NCBI GenBank assembly: GCA_964615175.1 | Contig: CAZTOV010000003.1 | Span: 3,708 to 67,707 of the forward strand | Direction: 5' to 3' | Source: an uncultured Burkholderiales bacterium | Lineage (GTDB): Bacteria > Actinomycetota > Acidimicrobiia > IMCC26256 > JACPCJ01 | Length of the DNA stretch: 64,000 nt | Part shown: piece after piece, positions 28,859 through 36,163 of the stretch | Layout of the letters: every line of letters begins with the position of its first letter | Numbering within the stretch: the stretch's first letter is position 1 | Made by a program: the position numbers and the translations under genes | The notes under the pieces: model-generated | Told to the model about the DNA's origin: nothing | Database searches by the model: none | The model's input: the letters and a program-made list of their open reading frames with translations, nothing else

Positions 28859-31813
28859 GTGACTGATCCCTTTACAGGAGCGGCACTCGCAGAGTTCGTG
28901 GGTGGCGTAGCTGCGCACGCACTACTTGGTGCCCTCGGCACAGCGCACCGCCAGCTGAAGCGGGTCGGGAAAAGCGAGCGCTCGCAGATTCGCGACCTCA
29001 GACGGCTGGTGGACCACCCACGATTTGGAGACCACATCGCAGGCGTTGTTGACGCTGGGCTTCGAGCCATCGAATCCGACGCACCTGGTCACTTGACCGG
29101 ATCATTGCGTAGGGAGTTGCTGCCGATGCTTGAGCGTCTGATGGAGTGGCGTATCGCTGGGGTTGATAGGTCTGTGCTTTCCGTACTTCGGCTTGAATGG
29201 CAGCGCACCGTGCGCCTGTACGCGAGTGGGCCGGACAGCGAAGTCTTGGATGGGGCTTTCAACATTCTGGTACAGGTGGCCGATGCGAGCGCCGAATACC
29301 TGGCGGGTGCTGGGGCTCGTTTCGACTTGATTGACGAGCACCAAGTTCATCTCCGTGCGGTCGAAGGACAACTTGAGGCTTTGCGCCGGTCGATAGATGG
29401 GCCATCAAGCAGCGAAGCACTCACAGCTGGCGAAATCCAGCAGGTACGGGGCCGCCTGCGACGCCAGGCCGAGCTTCACCACCGATATGTGACTCCCCCT
29501 GACTTCGAGCGGCAGCGTCGGATTCCGCTCGCAGACATATATGTGAAGCCGCGGGCTGAGCCCGTGACCGCAGATCTCGCTCGTATGGACCTCCGTGTCG
29601 ACGTGGACGAACTTCTCGCGCAGGAGCCTCGACTCGTAGTCCTCGGTGCACCCGGTGCAGGGAAATCAACGCTGGCGGGCTACTTCTGCCACCAACTGTC
29701 CACCGCGACTGAGACAGACGAGACCCATCCGCAGACAGCGGCCGTGGTTGTGCTGAGAAATGCCGTGGCCACACAACAACCGGGATCTTTTGCTGTTCGG
29801 TCGGCGATCGTGGACACCTTTGAGGGCGTATATCAGGTGAACGTCAAGTCTTCCATTCTTGAACACCTGTTGATTTCGGGCGGCCTGACAGTGATCTTTG
29901 ACGGGTTGGACGAGTTGCTCGATGCGACCCGTCGACGTGAGGTCGCCGCAGCGATAGAGGCGTTTGGGCACGCCTATCCGAGGGTCAGAATTCTCGTTAC
30001 CTCGAGGCGCGTTGGTTACGAGCAGGCACCGCTGGATGACGGCATGTTTCCGGTATACAGGCTGACGGAGTTCTCTGAGGCAGCCGTAGAGGATTACGTC
30101 GAACGATGGTTCCAGTACCACGCAGCTGAATACGGCGGCACAACTCCGGCGGAACTTCAACGGAACTTCATGCACGAAAGCCGCAGCGTGGCTGACCTCC
30201 GCAGTAACGCGCTCTTGTTGTCGTTGATGTGCATCCTGTATCGGGGACGTCAGTACATCCCACGCAACCGCCCCGATCTGTACGAGGAGTGTGCGCGCCT
30301 GCTGTTTTCGGATTGGGACCGGCATCGACGTATTCAAGGTGAAACCACGTTTGATCTTCAGACGCAGTTCGTATTGCAGCATCTCGCCACATGGATCATG
30401 AGTGACCGGGATCGGGAACGCGGATGTACCGAAGCTGATTTGGTGGATGAGACATGCCGCTACTTCGCCGAGTGGGTCTATGACGACGTCGATGTTGCTC
30501 GTGACGCGGCTCGGAGCCTCTTCACCTACTGCCGAGGTCGCTCCTGGATCTTGTCAGAGGTCGGCACGACTGCCGATGGCCAAGGTATTTGGTCTTTCAC
30601 GCACCGCACGTTCCTCGAGTATTTCGCCGGCCTCGGGCTTGCGCGATCAAACCCATCGATCGACGGATTTGCCGGTCACGTCGCCGAGCTTTTAGGGGAT
30701 GCGCGGTTCGAGGTCATCGCTCAGATCGCTGTGTACCGCAAAGCACGAGAGGCCGCGGGCGCGATCGATCAGATACTCCTTCACCTTCTTGAGCGCGCTC
30801 CATCAGGGGCAAGCCGTGATCGGTTGATCGGCTTTGTCTGTCGTATGCTCCAGCTTGTTGTGCCGAAGCCGTCGACGACAACGGCGATCGTTGAGGCTGC
30901 AGTTGCCCGAGATCTCGAGCAGACCGCCCGGCGCGAGTCCCATCCCGGGTTTCATACCGTGGGGGTAGTGGCCGGTCGCCCTGAGGTCCTAGCGGTGTCG
31001 AGGCGCTCCCTGGTTGGAACTCTGACCAGGACGGCAACAGCACGTTCTTCCGCGGCACGACTTGTATCCAAGTTGATCTCATCGATCACGGCCGAATCAA
31101 TTCATCATTTTCAACCGTCGTTGTTTGATCAGGATCCTCGACCGGAGTACGCAGAGGGATTCCAAGTTTGGCAGAACGTGTCGAGGGAGGTCTTGTCGGA
31201 GATCCACCCTGTGTTGTACGACATCGCGAGCCAGGATGCGGAGACGGCGCGCGACCTGCTTCGGGAGAGACAACTCAGCGCCGAGGCCTATCTCGAACTT
31301 CACGATTGGGGTGGACTCTTCGCTGCTGAGCGCGAGAGCGGCACTGCCTACATCGTGGAGGCCCTGAACTCTCTGCCGAACACACCTGGCCTCGTGGGAA
31401 GTGCAACGGACGTGATCGAGAGCCTGGGCCAGGCTGCAATGTCGGGTCCGCCTCCCTACGTTGCGGTTGACGTTGACGACGTACCGGACGTCACATACTT
31501 GCGCCCAGGGGCCGTGACAGATGTCGACATGGGCAGCCCGTTGTTTGTCGGAGTGTCCATCGCCCTGTGCCTGCTCGATGAACTCACAGACGGCGAAGTT
31601 GCGGATCAAATTGAGCCGATGAGTCTTGCCACTCTTGATGGCATGAAGGATGTTCTGCGCGGGAGGTTAGAGCATGAGTCCGAAATAGCAGATCGTGGCC
31701 TACGTGCACTCGATCTGCCCTCGACGGTCAAGTCCGCAATGCGCGACTGGGCCGCTGGCACCAGCCTGTTCGCGAAACGGAGTAGTAAGGGTCCGCCGCA
31801 GACTGGCGATTGA
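28859..31813 (+). CDS. NACHT-type STAND NTPase (bacterial NLR-like)
   Basis: 984 aa, GTG start. Walker A VVLGAPGAGKST (aa 260-271), Walker B LTVIFDGLDEL (aa 343-353), then ILVTSRRVGY. The N-terminal ~230 aa are helical with a Gly/Ala-rich first helix. The C-terminal ~550 aa show no obvious repeats. Lowest-GC part of the window. Confidence 0.8.
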   Translation: MTDPFTGAALAEFVGGVAAHALLGALGTAHRQLKRVGKSERSQIRDLRRLVDHPRFGDHIAGVVDAGLRAIESDAPGHLTGSLRRELLPMLERLMEWRIAGVDRSVLSVLRLEWQRTVRLYASGPDSEVLDGAFNILVQVADASAEYLAGAGARFDLIDEHQVHLRAVEGQLEALRRSIDGPSSSEALTAGEIQQVRGRLRRQAELHHRYVTPPDFERQRRIPLADIYVKPRAEPVTADLARMDLRVDVDELLAQEPRLVVLGAPGAGKSTLAGYFCHQLSTATETDETHPQTAAVVVLRNAVATQQPGSFAVRSAIVDTFEGVYQVNVKSSILEHLLISGGLTVIFDGLDELLDATRRREVAAAIEAFGHAYPRVRILVTSRRVGYEQAPLDDGMFPVYRLTEFSEAAVEDYVERWFQYHAAEYGGTTPAELQRNFMHESRSVADLRSNALLLSLMCILYRGRQYIPRNRPDLYEECARLLFSDWDRHRRIQGETTFDLQTQFVLQHLATWIMSDRDRERGCTEADLVDETCRYFAEWVYDDVDVARDAARSLFTYCRGRSWILSEVGTTADGQGIWSFTHRTFLEYFAGLGLARSNPSIDGFAGHVAELLGDARFEVIAQIAVYRKAREAAGAIDQILLHLLERAPSGASRDRLIGFVCRMLQLVVPKPSTTTAIVEAAVARDLEQTARRESHPGFHTVGVVAGRPEVLAVSRRSLVGTLTRTATARSSAARLVSKLISSITAESIHHFQPSLFDQDPRPEYAEGFQVWQNVSREVLSEIHPVLYDIASQDAETARDLLRERQLSAEAYLELHDWGGLFAAERESGTAYIVEALNSLPNTPGLVGSATDVIESLGQAAMSGPPPYVAVDVDDVPDVTYLRPGAVTDVDMGSPLFVGVSIALCLLDELTDGEVADQIEPMSLATLDGMKDVLRGRLEHESEIADRGLRALDLPSTVKSAMRDWAAGTSLFAKRSSKGPPQTGD

Positions 31814-31912
31814 GATTCGCGCGGGCAGCTGTCAACCGCCGTACCGCCTCACGCTGGCGGCAGGGACCAATGGTGGCGCTGTCCCCGAGAGGCCACTTGG
31901 TGGGCAGTCAGG

Positions 31913-32884
31913 GTGACACGCGATTCTCCTCGCCAGCAGCGTGCCTTCTCGTGCGACAATCATGGCGCCATGAGCGAGGACCGTTGCCCCTACTGCCTGC
32001 AGCCCTTCTCGGATGGTGGCGGCAGGACGGACGAGCACATCTTCGGCGAGGCGTTTGGAAGTCGAGCGCATGTGGATGCCTGCCGCGAGTGCAGCGGAAC
32101 GCTCGGCCAGACGGTGGAGGGCGACATCCATGCGCGCGATTCCGTGATCGATCTCATCAAGTGGGCGGCAGGAGAGAAGTCGATGCGCGGTGAAGCTGCC
32201 CTCGGGGATGAGGGAAGGCGTGTTGAGGTCGTGGTCGACGCCGACGGGCGCCCCGTGCTGGAACATCCGGACGTGCGGTACGAGAGACAGGGGGATCGTT
32301 TGGAGGGACGGCTGACCTTCCCCGAGGGAACACCACCTGAGAAGATGGTCGCTGGCATCGAGAAACGTCTGCGGCGCGAGGGGCTCCCGGAAGAAGTTGC
32401 GAAGGAAGAGGCCAAGAAAGCAGTTGCCGACGCGGTGATCGTCAGCCAGTCAGTAGAAGTGGAGTCGACCCTCGAAGCCGATCTTGGCTCGCTTCGACGG
32501 CATAGCGCCAAGGTCGCGCTCGCGGCGTCTGTTGCAGTAGGCGTTCCGATCGACAGCGAGTTCAGCGAAGCGTTACGTAAGAAACTGCACTCATCCGACG
32601 GAATGCCTGAACAGGCAGCCGACTCACAGATCGTCGAACGGATCCAGCAGAACGTGTCCACCGCTGGTCTCACACCACCCGTCGCGAGCGATGGTCGTCC
32701 CTCAGCACAGGTGACGTTCGCGGCCGTCGAGGAAGGGACACTGGTCGACGTACACATTCTTGGACAACCGCATCCGTCCGGTCCGGCTCTGATCCCTGTG
32801 GCGATGCCCGAACTCGGCATGGACGGAATCAGGGTGGTCCGAGAGGCGAGCCAGCCTCTCGAGGTGCTGAGCGTCTCCGGCTAA
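31913..32884 (+). CDS. HNH-like (HNH_5-type CxxC..DEH..CxxC) domain protein
   Basis: 323 aa from GTG 31913; a more likely start is ATG 31970 (MSEDRCPYC..). CPYCLQPFSDGGGRTDEHIFGEAFG..ACRECSGTLG fits a beta-beta-alpha-Me/HNH layout. The remaining ~260 aa are unassigned. Lies 99 nt downstream of the NACHT gene on the same strand. Confidence 0.55.
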   Translation: MTRDSPRQQRAFSCDNHGAMSEDRCPYCLQPFSDGGGRTDEHIFGEAFGSRAHVDACRECSGTLGQTVEGDIHARDSVIDLIKWAAGEKSMRGEAALGDEGRRVEVVVDADGRPVLEHPDVRYERQGDRLEGRLTFPEGTPPEKMVAGIEKRLRREGLPEEVAKEEAKKAVADAVIVSQSVEVESTLEADLGSLRRHSAKVALAASVAVGVPIDSEFSEALRKKLHSSDGMPEQAADSQIVERIQQNVSTAGLTPPVASDGRPSAQVTFAAVEEGTLVDVHILGQPHPSGPALIPVAMPELGMDGIRVVREASQPLEVLSVSG

Positions 32885-32940
32885 TCAACAGTCGACTGTC
32901 CTCTACCGCCGGCTCTGCGCCCCGCATGGTTGGCCCTTCG

Positions 32941-32971
32941 CTCATGTCGGGATGGGCCATCCCGACATGAG
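32941..32971. terminator. 31-nt perfect palindrome downstream of the HNH-like gene
   Basis: CTCATGTCGGGATGG-g-CCATCCCGACATGAG (arms 32941-32955 / 32957-32971), 57 nt after the stop at 32884. Confidence 0.5.
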
Positions 32972-33142
32972 CGGCTGACCTGACTGGACGGCCACACGAG
33001 CGGGCCACACGAACGGCGCGAATGACGGGGGAGCGAAGGGACATCGGGAGACGAAAGGGGAATGGGATCTCGGGTCGTCGCGGCCGCAACACGCAGGTCA
33101 GAGCCTCGGTACAGTCGCCCAGGCACGGAGGACCTCCTCGCG

Positions 33143-33203
33143 GATGGCAGAGTGGCCCCTTCCTCTCAAGGTGGAGGCACGGGTTCGAATCCCGTTGGGG
33201 GTA
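33143..33203 (+). other. tRNA-derived fragment (T-arm plus D-loop-like piece), non-functional
   Basis: GGATGGCAGAGTGGCC.. followed by ACGGG-TTCGAAT-CCCGT and TGGGGGT. There is no matching 5' acceptor strand (ACCCCCA) and no foldable anticodon arm. Confidence 0.55.
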
Positions 33204-33277
33204 CTCAGACCGAAAGTTCTGGTCGCTCCCCTTAATTCGTGGGGCGGAACGTCTTCCAAGCAGTGTCCGTTATGTCG

Positions 33278-33316
33278 GAGTGTTCCCCACGAGTGTTCCC
33301 CACGAGTTTCGTTCTG
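33278..33316. repeat. 13-nt tandem repeat (x2) merging into a 19-nt direct repeat
   Basis: GAGTGTTCCCCAC GAGTGTTCCCCAC GAGT.. (33278-33307). CCCCACGAGTTTCGTTCTG at 33298-33316 is identical to 16040-16058. Confidence 0.7.
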
Positions 33317-33529
33317 CGTGGTCATCGACCACGGGTGTGTCGACTCCGGCGCGGACGTTGAATCGCGAACCACCTGGTCGGAAGGATGTCGGCGACGCAC
33401 AGGCCACGGCGATGGCCGCCAGATCGACGTGGCTCCCACACCGCAAAGGTGGGGTCATGAGTCTGGTGGGGGTGGACACGGTCCTTCCGGTGGGCGGATG
33501 CGAGATTTCACGCCGGCGGATGGGCCTTG

Positions 33530-34342
33530 TCATCCCGCGTGGTCCGACGAGGTGTCGATGATGGCGGTGACGTAGCGCAGGGGTAGCACCAGGGTGCCGT
33601 CGTCGGCTTCGTTCCAGCGCTCGAACAGCTCGACCAGGTCGTGCGTGAACGACTGGAGCCTCTCTTCGTCGAGTGACTCGGCCATGCGCACGAAGGGCGG
33701 ATAGGTGCTGATGAGCATGTCCGCATAGGCCTGCGCGCTCGGGAGCCGCCAGCGGAAGGTGCGGTCGTGCAGCGCCAGTTCGACATCGTCGCCGAACAAA
33801 GACCGCAAACCGTCCTCGGTGCCCCATGTCATGGGCGACGGGGCGCCCGGTGGCGGGGGGTTGTACTCGGCGATCACGGCAGGGAACTCGGCCCAGCAGT
33901 CGACCGGTGTCCAGCTCGCCAGGGCGATGCGCCCTCCCGGTCGGGTGATCCGGAGGAGCTCGCTCGCCGTCTGGTGGTGGTCGGGTGCGAACTGCACGCC
34001 GACACAGGACACCACCACGTCAAAGGCGGCATCCGGGAGGTCGAGTGCGGCGGCATCGCCGGTACGGAACTCGATGTCGAGGCCTTCGGACGCGGCGCGT
34101 TGCTGTGCTGACTCCAGCAGGTCGGCGACGATGTCGATTCCGCTCACCCGGGCGCCGCGCCGGGCCGCCGCCAGGGCGGCGTTGCCGTTGCCACACGCGA
34201 TGTCGGCCACGTCGTGACCGCCCCGCAGGTCCGCCGTCTCGCAGAGGTCCTCGGCCATCCACACCAGCCGCGACCCGACGACGGTGTAGTCCCCGGCGCT
34301 CCAGACCTCTCGGCTCCGCTCGCCGGCAGTCGTTGTCGTCAT
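33530..34342 (-). CDS. Class I SAM-dependent methyltransferase
   Basis: ATG 34342 preceded by GAGAGGAGAA. SAM motif VADIACGNGNAAL, then VSGIDI. Confidence 0.85.
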   Translation of the reverse strand: MTTTTAGERSREVWSAGDYTVVGSRLVWMAEDLCETADLRGGHDVADIACGNGNAALAAARRGARVSGIDIVADLLESAQQRAASEGLDIEFRTGDAAALDLPDAAFDVVVSCVGVQFAPDHHQTASELLRITRPGGRIALASWTPVDCWAEFPAVIAEYNPPPPGAPSPMTWGTEDGLRSLFGDDVELALHDRTFRWRLPSAQAYADMLISTYPPFVRMAESLDEERLQSFTHDLVELFERWNEADDGTLVLPLRYVTAIIDTSSDHAG

Positions 34343-34451
34343 CGGAATTCTCCTCTCATTCGGTTCATTCGGTGCCGTCTCCATTCAGGCCTGTCCCGAC
34401 GCGCGACCGACAGGTCAACAGCCAGTCGGCGGGTTGCAACCGCTGGTCGCA

Positions 34452-34835
34452 TCACGTCTGTTCGATCGGGTGCCCTGCCTGCTCCCAGGCCTCGAAGCCG
34501 CCGTCGAGGTTCACGATCTTCTCGTAGCCGAGCTGCTGGAGAGCGAGGCAGGCCAACGCGGAACGCGACCCCTTGGCGCAGTACACGAGGACGGATCGGC
34601 TCGGGTCGAGCGCCTCGAGGTGGTACGGGGTCTCGGGGTCGGCGTGGAACTCCAGCATTCCTCGGGGCGCGTGCACCGACCCGGGGATCCGCCCGTGTTC
34701 CGCCAGTTCGCCGGGCTCGCGCACGTCGACGACGACGACCTCGTTGTCGGCGACCTCCCTGGCTGCTCGGTCGGCGTCGATGCCGTCGATGCGTTCCCGG
34801 GCTTCGGCCACCAGCGCTGATGCGCTCTTCGTCAT
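34452..34835 (-). CDS. Rhodanese-like domain protein
   Basis: 127 aa from ATG 34835 (RBS GAAGGAGA). Active-site loop YCAKGSRS. Confidence 0.8.
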   Translation of the reverse strand: MTKSASALVAEARERIDGIDADRAAREVADNEVVVVDVREPGELAEHGRIPGSVHAPRGMLEFHADPETPYHLEALDPSRSVLVYCAKGSRSALACLALQQLGYEKIVNLDGGFEAWEQAGHPIEQT

Positions 34836-34911
34836 GGTGATCTCCTTCTCTCGTTGGTTGATGGTTGCGTGCATGACATCCGTATGCGGGCCAGACATCG
34901 GGTGCCCGCGC

Positions 34912-35988
34912 TTACATCTCGCCCGGTGCGAAGAGGGTCTTGGTCAACTCCCCTTGGTGCCAGTGATTGCCGGCCATGAACGGGAACGGGGCCTGCGGTT
35001 CCGGTGTCGTCGTTCCGAACATCTCGGCCATCTCCGACCCGGGTCCGACGTTTAGCGTTCCGGTGGCTTCGCCGAACGCGTAGTCGTCGCTCGTGAATCG
35101 GAACCTCACCGTGGTGCCGTCGGACCCCTCGAACCAGAACGATCCGGTGAGACCGGTCGGCACCGGCCGTTCGCGCACGACGAGGTCCATCTCGTAGGGC
35201 GACGGGGCCGACGGTGCTGCGTAGTGGAACGGAGCGCCGAGGCTCGCCGGGTCGAACGGTCCCTCCGCAAAGTCGAGGTTCTCCACCTGGTGCGTCGGGA
35301 GGTCGGGGATGCCCTGGCGGGCCCACTCGACCACCGCCGGGTTGTCGTAGGCGACGAAGAAGATGTAGTTGCTGCACGACCCGATGGCGTCGGGCTTGAC
35401 CATGCCGACGGCGGGCCAGTCCGAGGCGCAGGCCACTCCGTCGGGTGATTCGATGGGGGCCATGAAGGCCGCGGCGGTCGTCTCCCGCCTGTCGCCATTG
35501 ACGGTGTAGCGCTCGCATCTGATCGCCGAGACGAACAGCAGCGGCTGACCCGAGGAGTTGCGGCGCAGTTCGAATCGTGACGGCACCCGCGGTCGCACCT
35601 CCTCCTCGACCCCCGGCGCGATCACGAAGCGCTCCCGGCAATCCTCGAGCGCGATCGAATCCGAGGACACGGGTGCGGCGTCGGCTGGCCCGCCCGGCCC
35701 GTTCGGCGAGGTGCGGCCTGAACGCCCGGCGGCGCCGTGGGTGTGAGCGGCTTCGCGGGACTGCCGAGAGGATGAGCCCGTCGCGGATGTGTTCATGGAG
35801 GCTGGAGGCTGTGAGGCTGTGCGGGCGATGCCGGCACCCGGCTCCGAATCGGACAGCGCGACGGGAGCGTGCGGTACCGGCTTGCTCTCGTCGCTCGCGG
35901 TGTCCGCCTTCGCGCCACACGCCCCCGCGAGGACCGTGAGCGCGATCACCACCGTGGCCACGTGGCCAGGGGTTGTTCTTGCATTCAT
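34912..35988 (-). CDS. Lipoprotein of unknown function
   Basis: ATG 35988 with RBS GGGAGGAAG. Signal/lipobox VIALTVLAGAC. No domain recognised. Confidence 0.65.
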   Translation of the reverse strand: MNARTTPGHVATVVIALTVLAGACGAKADTASDESKPVPHAPVALSDSEPGAGIARTASQPPASMNTSATGSSSRQSREAAHTHGAAGRSGRTSPNGPGGPADAAPVSSDSIALEDCRERFVIAPGVEEEVRPRVPSRFELRRNSSGQPLLFVSAIRCERYTVNGDRRETTAAAFMAPIESPDGVACASDWPAVGMVKPDAIGSCSNYIFFVAYDNPAVVEWARQGIPDLPTHQVENLDFAEGPFDPASLGAPFHYAAPSAPSPYEMDLVVRERPVPTGLTGSFWFEGSDGTTVRFRFTSDDYAFGEATGTLNVGPGSEMAEMFGTTTPEPQAPFPFMAGNHWHQGELTKTLFAPGEM

Positions 35989-36163
35989 GATCTTCCTCCC
36001 GCGGTTGGCGCTCTCAGATGGCGGTGGTTCGTCCGCCTGAGACCATCCTCCGATGCACCGGTTGGGTGGCGGTGGTGCGGCGGTGGGGTGGAGCTGCCTC
36101 AGGCACGAGCGGGCGGATGCGCCCCCAGACGCCGTCGTTGCGGGTCCGGTACCGTTCGGAAGC

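Noticed and set aside
28859-29000. Amyloid-signalling (BASS-type) motif pairing between the NACHT N-terminus and a neighbouring gene's C-terminus
   Set aside because: The Gly/Ala-rich N-terminal helix (FTGAALAEFVGGVAAHALLGALG) has no matching motif at the C-terminus of the upstream ORF (..ELRERQRNWTPD).
33120-33210. A functional type II tRNA (Ser/Leu/Sec-like; a TCA triplet sits in a loop-like context)
   Set aside because: I could not fold an acceptor stem (ACCCCCA is absent) or a 5-bp anticodon stem. It is kept only as a tRNA-derived fragment.
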